From contig MU058337.1 of NCBI GenBank assembly GCA_013265495.1, positions 374,001-438,000 on the forward strand: a DNA stretch of 64,000 nucleotides, given 5' to 3'. The position numbers and the translations under genes were made by a program. The DNA is from Vicugna vicugna. Lineage: Eukaryota. Within the stretch, counting starts at the first letter, position 1. Every line of letters starts with the position of its first letter. The notes beneath the pieces were generated by a model. It was not told the origin of the DNA, searched no databases, and worked only from the letters and a program-made list of their open reading frames with translations. Positions 11,871 through 24,604 of the stretch are shown one piece after another.

Positions 11871-13229
11871 CCCAGAAAAGGGAAATGATTTGGCCCAGGC
11901 CACACAGTGATTTTCATCAAGGCTAGAACTTGAATCAGAGCTTTTATTCGTCTTTGAATCATGTCTCCAATTTCATGGAAGAAGTTAAGGAACATGTATT
12001 TCTTTATCAAATATCTGCTCGACTCTAAAATGGACCATCCCACATACTGACCCTATTTCCGTAGGGTTGTTAAGTTTATTATTACTTGCCTTGTTTGTCA
12101 TGGAGAAGAACACTTCTGAATGACAGAAAAAGACAATCCTTGTCTAGAGGCTTTGCTTGCGAGGGGATCAGTTTCTCTGTAGGTAGGAAATAAGATAACA
12201 TTGTGAAGCTATGTTTGCCAAGAACCGTGAGTCTCCAGATCAGACAGGGTGGAGATGACGGTTCGTGATGATGTTGCAGGGTGACTCAGAAGAGCACGGA
12301 GCTTGCAGAGCCTCCTGAGAGATCACAGGAACGTCTCCGTAGCAGCCCGTGAGGTAGGACTGACAAACCTCAACTGTCTGCTTCCCGTCTTCCTCTGTCT
12401 TGAAAACGTGGCACTATTCGTGCTCATGGAACCGACTCAAAGCAAGGTTTTGATAAAAGGTGGAAGTTTTTTATTTATAACCAAAACTTTCAGGGCAAGA
12501 GGGCCTCACAACACCACCATGTCAAGTGTGCTAGTATGGATACATTTGGGACCTCGCAGTACTCTTTTATTAATCTGAGTTTTAAAGCTGTGCCATCTCA
12601 TGAATTGTATCTCTTGAAGCAAGAAAGACAGATGTACGGTTGTGTTTGGATTTGTAGCCCCGATGGCAAAAGACAGAAGGCTGACCACTATGGCCTTATG
12701 TGGGCACTTACGTCTGGGGACTGGGAGGCTATGGGACGTGGAGAGGATGATCACAAGGAAAAGACCCCCTTCTTTATTTATCAGAAGCCTGTTCCAAAGA
12801 AGTAATTGAAAGCATCAGTTATGTGGAAATTATAAACCTGGAAATTAGCTGTGCTATTGTAGTTGCTAAGAACCCTGATAATTAGCATGAATGAGTTAGA
12901 AAAAGAAATTGTCATTTGATGTTTTAGCAGATATTCTTCTAAAAATATATACTAAAAATGGAAGTAAGCTCAAGGGTACGGTGTCCAACAGAAGAACAAA
13001 ATTGATCAAATTTATTGGAAAAAATTACCATATTTGATATTTATATAACACCTTACTCCTGATGAGTTCAAATTAGTGGCCAATAATATTAGCTCTATTC
13101 CTTAGTGAAGTTAAAATACTATGGAAAAAAAGAGGAGAAGAGCTTGATACTATTCGCATGGGTTTCCACTATGCGGCCACGAGGACGGGTGTCACGTGGG
13201 GGACTGCTGGTGCCAGACGTACCTGGATG

Positions 13230-13400
13230 ACGGGCCTGCCTTTGAGTGGGATGCTAAACCCTCTGAACCAGTCTCCTCGTCTTTAACGCTGTCCTTGCAG
13301 GGTTGTTGTTAGATTTAAGATTAGAATGTTTGCAAAGCTATATACATACATATCTTACATAAAGTATCTGACGTATTGAAGGTGACTCATTTATTGAAAT
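13230..13400 (+). mobile_element. MIR fragment
   Basis: ctaaaccctctgaaccagtctcctcgtcttta...cttgcagggttgttgttagatttaa...gtttgcaaagc. Confidence 0.55.
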
Positions 13401-14057
13401 AATAAGTTTGGACAAATTTTGCACTTGTCAATTACGTGTCCCAAATGCCCAGGACAAGTGCTCACAAGAAGAGCAGCCCCTGCCTGACCTGAGGATCCCC
13501 CGACTCTCAGCTCCCACGTCTCCATGACGATCCAAGTCCCCTGAGAGTAAACACAGCTCTGGACTTGCGGGGTCAAGCACCAGGAAGGCAAAACACTCTC
13601 ATGTGGTGGAATCTGGGAGTCAAGCGCTCCCTCTGTAGACCCCTGGTCTAGACGCAGACCCGAGAGGGCCACAAACACATGGAGGCCTTGTGGATTCCCA
13701 GCAGACCACCAGCTGGAGGTGAGGAGTAAACCGGGGTCACCTCTTTTAGGACAGGGCTGAGAAGGGTAAGAAGCACAAAGCACTCCTTGATGACTCAGGC
13801 AAAACTGGAGCCGAGTATTCTGACAGGCACGTGTCCTGTTTCAGTCACGCTGTCACGTAGGGCACAGGCGCCCTGCTACGCACTGGGCAGAAGTGCCGAA
13901 GCTTCCTGACAGCACAAGGACAGGTCTCTCAGTGTGGGGCCTGCCACCGCAAAGCTGCCCCTGGAGGGCGAGGAAAGAGGGGGGTGCACAACCATCTAAG
14001 TTGTGTCCTTCTTCCAGGGCCCACTCCAGGAAAGTGTGGGTCCTCCTCCTCCATGCC

Positions 14058-14475
14058 TGTACTGGTCAGGATTTTCCAGAACACACACACACACCCACAT
14101 GTATGATTTATTGTATAGACGGTGGGGGCTGAGAAGCCGTAAGTTCTGAAGCCAGCCAGCTGGAGACCTAGGAGAGTGGAGCGTGTAGGTTCCAGGCCAA
14201 GTCCGAGTCCTGTGGCAGCTGGAGAGCAGTACTGCAGCTGCAAGACAGGCAGGGTGAAGTCCCCACTCGCTCAGCCTCCTGGTTCTGTCCAGGCCTCCGG
14301 TGGGTTGAAGGAGGCCCACCCACATCCGGGAGGGCCATCTGCTCTACCTATTCTCCTGGCTCAAATGCCAATCTCATCCAGAGATACACCCCACAGATAC
14401 ACCCCGAGTCACGCGTGACCCAATGGCTTGGTGTCCTGTGGTTCAGGCAAGTTGACACATCAAATTAGCCATCAT
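14058..14475 (-). mobile_element. ERVL LTR (MLT2 family)
   Basis: tgtactggtcaggattttccaga...ggctgagaag...cagctggagacctaggaga...ggaggcccacccacatccgggagggccatctgctcta...aatctcatccaga...caagttgacacatcaaattagccatca. Confidence 0.85.
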
Positions 14476-15924
14476 GATGTCTACACTCACTGCTCGACGT
14501 TAGTACTGGAAAGTTCTTTACAATTATATGGTCATGGATTCTTTACCCTTGGGGTCCTGGAAAGAGATTCAGGGGTCTGGCAAGTGTGTGTGTGAGCATT
14601 TTTCTGGGAAGAGCTTCATAGCTTTCATGTGACTTTCTCCTGTGTTCCTGACACCCAACACATCAACCACCACGTGGTGCATCACCCACAGGATATAGAT
14701 TAGGGTCCTGGGTGGGGCAGAGGTGTGCCTAGGTGCACATGCCTCCACAGCAGAAAAGCTAGAACTGCCACATTTTCTCACCTGGCGTCCTTGGTCCTAA
14801 TCTGTGCTCCTTCTAGACGGAACCCAGTGTTTAATGACTCAGTGACTATTGAGGGATATGTGCCAACTTGCTGGTACTACTAAGACACAGAAATGCGTCC
14901 CAACACTCCACTACTTGGGGCTTGTTACCTGCAAGGGACAGGTGCTTCCCTGTCTTCAGGTGCTCATACGATGAGAGATATCACATGTTCTAAGGCTCTG
15001 TTTGGGGTTAAGTAATTTTAAATCACGAGGAGTTATATTTTCTAAGCTTTACTTACCAAATTCTCTCGTACTATTTTTTGGGGTTCCATATGGATTTATC
15101 TCTCACTCTGGCTGGGAGATTAGCCACAGCACATAGCAAAAATATAACTCTCATTACAGAACCCTAGACTCTGTGAAACAAGTCTGATAAGCTACTGGAA
15201 CTAATGAAAACAGATTTAAGTATATTTTACATTTTCCTTAACATTCTGAATAGAGATTATTGATTTTTTTATCTCAGTGTCTCCTATTTGTTTAATCATT
15301 TTCTTCATTTTATACTAAAGTATTTCTAAATAACAAGAGGAAAACTGTTTTATGGTATCAATAATTTAAATTCCCTTTAATTTAAAAAACACAGCCTTTT
15401 AAATGTCACATTCATCTCACATTCTACTTTTTATTACAGTATTCCCTGAAGCGTGGATTTTATAACCAAGAGAGCCTTTACGGTCATTAGTATAAATACA
15501 AAGATGCTCATAATCACATCGGCGACGTCTTTTCTCAGACTACGTGGCCTTTCCGAGCGTTTTAAGACCACATGTAGTTATTCACAGAGCCACCCAGAGA
15601 GCGATTGCCCAGATGAATATTACATGACTGAATGTTTTGAGTAATACATTTCACTTTATTTTGTGAAATTACATCAAACATGGCAAGCTCATGTGGCAGG
15701 AACAATTCCTAAGAGTTCCAGCAGGTGGCAGCATATAATACCACAAACGGGCCGAACAGCCTCTTAAAAAACCTCAGCGCCCACTTGCTGTTCTCTCCTT
15801 TTAGGAGGGCTGAGCCGCCCCTCCGGCCCCCCACACTCTCAGGAGTCTTAAATGTGAAAGTGGCAAGTATGAAAATGCTAAAAATGAGGTAACGTTTCAG
15901 AATGGACATATCACACTAAAGACA

Positions 15925-16170
15925 ATAATACAAATAGCTAAAATATATTGCAGGCTGTCTGTGCTTCCCCAGGTTCTAAGCACTTAATGCGAATCATTAG
16001 TTATTACTCACACCAGCCTTTCTGTTGGTATTATTCTCGTGTCCATTTTCCAGACCACAAAACTGAGGCAGGGACTTGGCCCAGGTTTTCACAGCTGCCA
16101 AGTGGAGGAAGCAGGTTTTTAAACCAGGCCGTCTGGCTCTAATGGCCAGGCTTTTAACCCCTATATCATG
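15925..16170 (-). mobile_element. MIR SINE
   Basis: ccaggttctaagcacttaatgc...ccattttccagaccacaaaactgaggcagggacttggcccagg...cacagctgccaagtgg...aaaccaggccgtctggctc. Confidence 0.75.
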
Positions 16171-17049
16171 TTGCTTAATTGTGGGAAATCAAATAACTGA
16201 TGAATATTAAAAGTATTAGGAAAAACACAATGAGTTTTCAGAAGAGAGACCTGAGTATTAAAGGTAATTGTTAAAAGATGGAGAAATTCTAGGTTATTAA
16301 GGAGGGACCCGGTAAAAAATAAAGAAATGAGTGAATAAAACTAGAAATCATTCGAATAGGGGAGAAACTGGGACTTCAAGGAGCCCCACAGTTAAACCGT
16401 GCGCATCAGAGCAGCCGGGTGGAGGGCAAGGAGAGGTGGTGCGTGGCGCAGGAAAGGAAAAGTTCGTGTGGGCGCACAAATTGTCCCAGGGCACGCGGGG
16501 CGTGGACCAGGCTCTGGATCCCAGCAGTCCTGAGGGAGTCAGTCTCCACTGTGTTCCTGAGCTTCATCCCCTCCAGCGAATCCCAGTCTGAGGGCTCCAG
16601 CCCACCTCCATCTGTGCTGTGACCAGACTCCACAGCCCCTCAGCTGGGGAAAGGGACGGAGTTACTGAATGCTTGTACTTACCCATCCTCTCTCCTTTGT
16701 GTGAACGCTGGGAAGAGGCGGGAGGTCTACAGACGATCTTTGATTTAATGCTTTTATTTAATTAATTACGGTTCTATCTACTAATGTCTCTCTCCCTCAA
16801 ACCTGGCTCTCACCCTGGGGTGCCAGCCATTCTCTGAATACATCCCTCACTTTTGTCCCTCTGTGTGATTGTTTATCTGGTTCCCCAAATCTGGAGGAAC
16901 CCCACCTCCCAGGCCCCTTTCAATAATGGTTGTTGGATCAATGTCAGTATTAACCAAGAAGTGGCGGAATGGATGGGTCGGTGGAATAGGGGCAGGGGAT
17001 GTCAGACGCCAGAGAGGGTCGACACCTAGCAGCTCACGTTTCAGGAGCA

Positions 17050-17230
17050 GCGCACCTGAAAGCTTTCCCTCGGCTTGTCAACTCTCTGGCGTCACAGCGT
17101 TTTCTCCAGCCGGACGGTAAGTTCCTTTCAGGGGCGAGGCCACGTTTTGATAACCTTTGAGTCCCTCCTAACCTTATCTGCTAATACCTCACCTGGTACT
17201 TTGCACCCAGTAGGGATTCAGTCACTGGCT
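17050..17230 (+). mobile_element. L2 3' fragment
   Basis: gacggtaagttcctttcaggggcgaggccacgttttgataacctttgagtcccc...cctggtac...cagtaggg. Confidence 0.5.
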
Positions 17231-18179
17231 GCAGCGGGCGGGTTGTGCAAAGTCCAGCTCTCATCGCATCTGACCTACCCTGGCTGCACAGGAGCACCAC
17301 TAACCCAGGTTTCCTAGCGGCGCTGGGCCAACAGGGAGCTAAAACCAAGCAGAGAACTTTTTCTAATTTGGGAGAGAGAATAAACAGCTACAAAGTTTGG
17401 CCACAGGGAGAAGAGGCAGGGGGTCCGAGTGACAGTTCGCACAGTGGATATGCTCAGGAGTGCTCCGCAGGCCCTGACCAAAGCCAGGAGGCGCAGTCTT
17501 TCACTCCCAGGCTGGAAGGAAAATTAAAACACTCCACGTGTAGCACAGCCTGTGTGCGGGCTGGCAGAGGAGGTGGAGGTGGGAAGATGAAATTTTGGAG
17601 AAAGGCTGGCAGAGGAGAGCCCAGCTGTTAACCAAGACCACCTCTCGTACCGTCGCACTGGGGCCGGGATCTCAGCACACGCATTTCGGGGAACATGGCA
17701 GTCTGTCCACAACACCGACGGACGGTAGTCCCGCCTCGTTGAGAGCCATGGCTTTACATGTTATGTCAGGGGGAGACTTGGTGTGGGTATTGCTTTTATT
17801 CTACCCTGCTAAATGCTGTCTTATTTTTTTCTTTCTACTCATGAGAATTCTTCCAGTACAGGCACTGCTTCTCTAACCGCACTTGAATATTCTGAGATGA
17901 ATTTATATGTCCTTTAAAACCCAATAAAAATGCAATTATGACTAAAATTAAAATACACTAAGCAAAATGAAGCCACTGATGACATCACCAGAAGGTAGGT
18001 CACCTCAGTGATTAGACGGGGGTTACAAAACTGGCTTATAGCATGTGTTTTTGGCAATGTCTTTCTTTCAACTAAAAATATTTTGTGCTGACTGCCTCTG
18101 GGCTACTGATCAATATAAAATATCCTTAAGAGTAAGCTAATAAAAACTTATCTGAACACCCTGCAGTATTTCTGTCAAA

Positions 18180-18598
18180 AATTTGATCATAATAAACCTC
18201 TACATCTAACTCCCACTTCACAGGATCCACAGGGCACGGAGAACAGTTAAATGACAACAGTGCTGTCAGCAACAGTGAGAATATGGGACATTTCACATGA
18301 AACAATGACTACTTTTTATTTGAAATAAATGTGAGGTAAAATAGAGATGTGATTCTTATAGATCAAAAGAGACATAAACAAAGTACAAAGTCTGGACCTC
18401 ATTTGCATCCAAATTTGGGAGATTTTTTTTTAGACATCCGAACAGAGATTTAACATTAGATTATATTAAGTAATTATTGTTATTTTTATGATAACAGTTG
18501 TGTTAAATTAAGAAAATATATTATATCTACTACTATATTGAAGTATTTACAGCTAAAATGATATAGTGACTGGGACTTGCTTTAAAATATTCTAGCAG
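18180..18598 (+). mobile_element. Old L1 (L1ME/L1MC) 3' UTR fragment
   Basis: tagatcaaaagagacata...ggacctcatttgcatcc...attagattatattaagtaattattgtta...gaagtatttacagctaaaatgatatagtgactgggacttgctttaaaatattctag. Confidence 0.7.
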
Positions 18599-18599
18599 A

Positions 18600-21500
18600 T
18601 ATTTGTGTTTCCAACGATGAGGGACTAGATTCCAGCAAAGCAAGCCTTCTGTATCCTCCAAAATTAGAAAAGAAACATGTAAAACAACGCTTCTCACCTA
18701 CCTCTTCACTTCCCACCGCCAAAGGAAAATCTGTTCAGAGGCCGCAGAAAGCAGCCCGAATGTGAGGGGCCGTGGTCCTCAAGAGCAGAAAGCATCTCTG
18801 GGTTTGAACCTGACCTTCTACTCTGCACTTCCCCTGAGGTGTTTGCTGATATTTAAAATGAGCTCCACAAGGAGCGGAGAAACCAAGGAGAACCCTGAGC
18901 AGGAAGCGGTGACCGTGCAGAACCTCGGCCAGCTCACGGCGCCGGGAGAGATTCAGGCCCCCAAACCAGCTAGGATTTGGGGGGCCAGTTCCCCAGGGGC
19001 TGACGAGTAAGCAGGGCTTTTGTGACGTTTCAGCAGGTTAGAGACATGACTCGACTTTCAGGCCTGCAGGGGGAGGGCCCTGTTAGACATCTCAGACTCT
19101 CAGCCTAGATGCTGGAAAACCTGAAGGCTGTGTCCGCAGGAAAGTGCAAACCAGGAATCCCCCTTGACTTTTAAAAGCTGAAACCCAAAACCCGGCTCAA
19201 AACCAGGGGGACTACTCCTGCAGCCATCAACTGGAGAGAAAATGAAATCAGACTCGGGTGGGAGACATGGGTGCATGTGCTGTGAAACTCAGTTCCAGGT
19301 CGGATCGGGAGGACCTTTCTCAATTCCAACTGCTTGTTCGCACAGATACTCTACAATTATTTATACTAAATAGCCAACATTAAATCAGTAATTACTAGAC
19401 ATGTCAAGAAGCAGAAAAAAGGGAAAACAAACAACAGAAGCAGAACTACCCATGACCGGATTCCGGACTTACTAGATAGAGTCCTCCGGCAGCTACAGTT
19501 CTTGGGGTCAAGGAAAAACCGGCAACGTGGAGAACGTCACCAGAGAATGGAGTGTATTAAAAGAATTCATGGAAAATCTGCAATTGAAAAACACAGTGAC
19601 TAAATACATGGCTTTCATTGCAGATTACACTCAGCTTCAGGGAAGATCTGACAGTAGAAATATCCAGAGAAAGATGATGTAAAACACAACAAGCACGTAA
19701 GAGACATAAGGTCTGAGGACAAGGTCCTGTATGGAATTGAAGTCAAAAGGCAGAGGAGAGAGAATAGGGCAGAAATGATATTTAAAGAGACAAGGCAGAA
19801 AAATATTTGAAGAGATAATGTAAGATAAACTTTCAAACTGATGAAAGACAGTACACGATAGACTAAAAGATACCACAGATCTAAGTAAGATAGAAAACCA
19901 CACCTCGGCACCAGCATTAGCAAAGACACTGAAGAAAAGCGAAAAGCCAATGCGGGAAAGCCTTAAAGGCAGCAGGAGTAAAGGGCGCATTCCACTCATA
20001 GGCAGAGAAATCCCGGGTGATTTCTCAGGAGAAATGATAGGATTTAGAAGACAACTGGGTACTATCTTTGAAGAGCAGAGAGAAAATAAATTGCTATTAA
20101 GAATTCTATACTAAGTACAGTTTTCTTTCAAAACATGAAAGCAAAATAAATGTATTTCCAGAAAAACTGGTATTGAGATAATGTGTTGGCTGCAGAACTT
20201 TACTGAAGGAAACGCTAAGCTGCACTCGGCAGGTACAGAGACAATGGTCACACGTGTGAGAAAATTATCTCATTCAGATGAATACACATTAAAGAAAAAA
20301 TGAAAAGCAATGAACTGAGTAAAAACACGAGTAAATCCAAATGAATACTGATCACTCAAAGCAGGAGCAGTAAAATTCCATGGCCTGTAACATACAGTTG
20401 TCCCTCAGTGTCCACGGGGGCTGGTCCAGGGCCTGCTGGGAAAACCCGAATTCGTGGGCGCTCAGGTCGGACAGTCTGCCCACGGTATCTGATGTGCAAG
20501 GATCATGTAGAAACTGTAGTGTTCACTGGAAAACCCCACGTGTAAGTGGATCTCACAGTTCAAACTCATGTTGTTCAAGGGTCTCCTGTGTATGTGAATT
20601 TAAAACGCACACAACTACACAAATGGCAAAAAGAATGGAGTGAAAGCATTCTAAGGTCTGGGAACTGGAAAAAGTACTCATTTTTACTGGAGTTTAGTAA
20701 GTCAAGTGTGCGTGCTGTGATTTCTAGAATGATCATCAAAAAAAAAAAGGGGGGCAATAGAAGGTATAATTGAAAAAACAAAGGGAAGTACGAAATGGTA
20801 AAAATTTTTCATTAATCCCCCCAAAGACAAAAGAACATAGAAGAGGTGGAATAAATAAAAAACGAACACTGATACAGTGCATTTAAACCCAAATAAATCG
20901 TGAATTGAAGACTTAATATTGTTCAGATGGCAATATGCCCTAAAGTGACATACAGATTTAATCTAATCCTTGTCAAAATCCCAGCTACCTTTTTTTGCAG
21001 AAACTGACAAGCTGATTCTGAAATTCTTTAAAAAAGCAAGATATCCAGAAGAGCTAAAACAAATCATATTCTTTGTTTTTCAAAAATTGTTTAGAGTATT
21101 TATTATGGAGATCTTACACCTTTCTTATTAAATCTACTCTTAAGACTTATAATTTTGTCCATATTGTCAGTGACATTTTTCCTGCTGTGTCCATTTCTAG
21201 GTGCTTATCAATGAAATATATCAAAGCAATTGATTTTTGTTGTTATGTTCTATCTAGCCACCTTCTCAAGTTCTTATTAATTCTAGGTGTTTCATATCAG
21301 AGTCTTAGATTTTTTAGCGACATAAAAATGTCATCAGTGACAAGATATAGTTTAATCAATTATATAATCCACCATCACAGTAGGCTAAGGAAGAAAAAGC
21401 CTAAGATCCTATCCATTTTTCTGTGAACAGGCAGAAAGATTGGAAAAATTCCCAAACTGATTCATGATAAAAACTCTCAGCAAATTAGGAATAGAAGGGA

Positions 21501-21600
21501 GCTTCTTCAATTTCACAAAAAAACTCCCCAAAATCCACAACTAAAATCACACTTGATGAAAAATGATGTGATCTCACTACACACGTATCAGAATGGTGAA
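18600..21600 (+). mobile_element. Degenerate old L1: GC-rich 5' region, ORF1 remnant (~19400-20300) and ORF2 fragments (one inverted, ~21070-21350)
   Basis: ORF1-like ggaaaatctgcaattgaaaaacacagtgactaaa...cagattacac...gcagaaaaaatatttgaagagataatg...aactttcaaactgatgaaagaca...aagaattctata. ORF2-like translations [17 protein letters not shown] (20913+) and FMIKTLSKLGIEG (21461+). Many stops and frameshifts. Confidence 0.8.
20394..20588. mobile_element. Tigger-family MITE (MER8-like) nested in L1
   Basis: ta-cagttgtccctcagtgtccacggggg...gtaagtggatctcacagttcaaactcatgttgttcaagggtctcctg. Confidence 0.8.
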
Positions 21601-21619
21601 TGTCCATAAAGCATACAAC

Positions 21620-21881
21620 ACCAGAGTGAGGACCTTACTCCTGGCTTAGACAGCTGCCTTCTGTCCGTGTATTTACGTGGCCTTTCCTTGGCGAATGCGC
21701 TCAAAGTGAGTGCCTCTTCCTCTTCTTGCAAGGGCACTAATTCCAGCATGGGGACTCCACCGTCAGGGCCTCAGTTAAACCTGATTACCGTCCAAAGGCT
21801 CCACCCCCAAATACCATCACATTGGGGATAAGGGCTTCAATAGCTTTATCTAAAAGGTATAAAAATATTCATTCCATAACA
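21620..21881 (-). mobile_element. MaLR LTR (MLT1A-like)
   Basis: ctcctggcttagacagctgccttct...cttcttgcaagggcactaattcca...aaacctgattaccgtccaaaggctccacccccaaataccatcacattggggataagggcttcaa...attcattccataaca. Confidence 0.85.
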
Positions 21882-21899
21882 GTGAATTTGCCAAGAGCT

Positions 21900-22540
21900 T
21901 AGCTCAGAACTACAACTGCATAAATTGTAGATGAGGAGAGGAAGTAAATGAATATTAAAATTGTGCAGTACTGTGTCTTAAAAGATCTTACAAAGGGATT
22001 TAGATTTTATTATACAAGTTATGAGAAGCTACTGAAGAGCTTCGTATGGGATGGTGACATATCAGAACCGCGTTCTAGGTCTACTCAGGTAGCAGTATTG
22101 CAGGTGGATGGATGATAAGGAATAGTGTCTGGGGACCTTTGAAAACCATGTATTTGAGAGCCTGGTCCAAGGCTGCATTTGACCATGAGGATAGAGGGGT
22201 GAGAACAGCTGTGAGCTGTACAGTGAAAAATCTGCAGGAGAACTGAGATGCGGGAGGGAAGAGAGATGGAGGATGGACAATGACTCCAGAGTTGGACTGA
22301 GGAACTACAAACTCAGCCTGGAAAGAGAAATAAGAGCAAGAGATGAAAATTCGGTAGTACAGGAGGCTGAGCTGACTGAGGAATAGACATTAAGATTTGT
22401 TGAGTAAGTATTTCAATATATATACTTGGACTTTGAAGAGAGCATTTTTTAGGAGAACATTAGATAGTGTCAAATTCCAGAGAAAAGTTAGATAATATAA
22501 GATCAAAACATTAACCATTCAGTTTAGCAAATGTGCAGTA
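21900..22540 (-). mobile_element. L2 fragment
   Basis: ggatttagattttattat...gagaagctactgaagagctt...aaaatctgcaggagaactgagatgcggg...tgactccagagttggactgagg...tagtgtcaaattccagagaaaag. Confidence 0.65.
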
Positions 22541-23550
22541 CAATGAATGGCACGCAGAAGGTCCTTGCCAAAGTTAACATTATTTTAAAACACATACCAA
22601 CAGATAGCCATGGAAGAAGTTCAAAATGTTTATCCAGAAGTGCATTGTCTAGGAGACAATTCATGGAACAGTAAACTGACTTTTCTCAACTTAGAAAGAA
22701 TGGTTACTAGCGTAACATGAAAGAGACAAGCTATGTGATCTTAGACTCAGTAGTCCCTGCCTCAAGTCAAAGATTTTAAGTGGTTTGATGTAGTTCAGTT
22801 CATCTTTCCCATTATTAATTTTAGCTTTTAACTTCGTAGCTACTCTCATTCCAAAATATATAAAGCCAATGTGCCTTCTGAAGGTCATGATTAATATCCA
22901 CGTGGAGTCTCTAAAACAGTATAAAATTAATTTGTTCTCCATCTAAGCTTCTTTCCTGTCTACCTTGGAAAAAGATGAAAATAATAAAATTGAAGTTAAT
23001 TTAACTAGTTTCTTGTTGAGCTCTTCTGGGTTTTCTTAGTAAAACTCCCAATGATATCTTTAATTTTTCTCGGAAAATACTTCTCAGTTGCCAACTCCCT
23101 TGCTGGCTCAACGTGCATTAACAGACAGTGACCAGTGGGACCTCTGAGCAATTTAATATCAAAGTGCCAAGCAGTCTGAGATGTCAGAGCACCCTACAGG
23201 AATACAATTATTTCCTCTGAAGATCTCATCATTCTCAAACCGGGGTGAAGTCTGTGCAAGCAGAATTGCCCTGTCCTTGGGAAATATGACTTTCTTTGCT
23301 GTTAATATTCAGTGTACTTATATTCAGTTGGAGGAGACAAATTCTGTTTTGGCTGATCTGAAAACACTTTTGCTAAAAATTACAGGTGGTTTATGTAGAA
23401 AATTAGTGTTCATCCATATTTATTTGGTTTTCAGATATTTTAGGAAAGTGAAGTGTTGATAACTGTGGCTTAATGCATGTACACTTCACTTCTGTTTTCC
23501 TTTGAGCATCTATGTTCCCCAGGCTCGGTGTGGTTGCCAAAGTAAGATGG

Positions 23551-23589
23551 GATTTTTGCCTACACATCTTGGGTGTGTAGGCAAAAATC
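23551..23589. repeat. Perfect 16-bp inverted repeat with 7-nt spacer
   Basis: GATTTTTGCCTACACA (23551-23566) TCTTGGG TGTGTAGGCAAAAATC (23574-23589). Confidence 0.95.
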
Positions 23590-23633
23590 TGTGGTTATTT
23601 TCTAGAAAGCTCATTGCAGCATAGAAGGGCATA

Positions 23634-23673
23634 TCTAAGTGGTGTTTTTTTGTTTGTTTTCTAAGTGGTGTTT
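23634..23673. repeat. 14-bp direct repeat flanking a 12-nt T-rich insert
   Basis: TCTAAGTGGTGTTT at 23634-23647 and 23660-23673 around TTTTGTTTGTTT. Confidence 0.9.
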
Positions 23674-23939
23674 AATACTAACAATATCATTTGGGTCACG
23701 GTTTCTGAATTTATGCACGTGAACTTACTGCTTCAGTATAACGTAGTGGTCACGGAGTCTGGTGTCAGAGGGCCAAAGTTGGGAATAAAATGATCCAACT
23801 AAAATTTTCTGAAAGGATGGAAATATGCACATTTTTATGAAAGAAGACTCAGCCAGGGTAAGACAAGTCACAGGAAGAATAAAGGAACGTAAAAGGTCTT
23901 ATCTGGCTTAGTGCTCAGAACTCTGTGATGTGGGCACTT

Positions 23940-24050
23940 ATTCTTTCCACTTTCACATGATAAAGCAGAGGCTCAGAGTGTCTAAGTAACTTTTCTTAAG
24001 GTTGTATCCTTATTGCACGTGGACAGTTTCAGACCCAGTCTGTCTCCCCA
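23940..24050 (-). mobile_element. MIR fragment
   Basis: ccactttcacatgataaagcagaggctcagagtgtctaagtaacttttcttaaggtt. Confidence 0.65.
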
Positions 24051-24604
24051 TATGCCCAAGAGCTCCCCACCTGGCAACAGGGCTCCTGAACCAGTGACTA
24101 TCAAACAGAAAATGCTGGGGGTTTGCCTCGTGAGATATGGGTGACAGGTGAGTGGTGGGGTACTGTAATTCTGGATTGATGGCCCTTGCATGATGATGGA
24201 GAACCGCACAGCGGATCAATACCCATGTCAGACCAACTGAGATGGATGTCAGCTCTTCCTAAAAGTACACTCCTGGGATCTTGGCCAACAGAAACTTCTT
24301 TTGGTTTCCGAGACTGAATGAGATAATACACATCAAACAGATTTAGAAACTGTGAAATCCTAAGAGGCGAAAGCTATTACTTTCATGTTAGAAGAACATA
24401 AAGTGTTTATAAGTCAGCTTCCACCTTAAGTGCACTAGTGTAGATTATATTCATTGGAGACCTTCCATGAATTTTTTATAAAGTGAGAAACGATTTCCTA
24501 TTTTATTACTGTGGTTTTTCATATTTTTAAGGCTCTTTGGGGATGACTCAAAAACCCTCCCTGAAACCCCAAAAAATGCCTTGAGAAAATATCTATTTGA
24601 ATAT

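Noticed and set aside
19615..19999. Hydrophobic minus-strand ORFs
   Set aside because: Antisense of the A-rich degenerate L1 ORF1.
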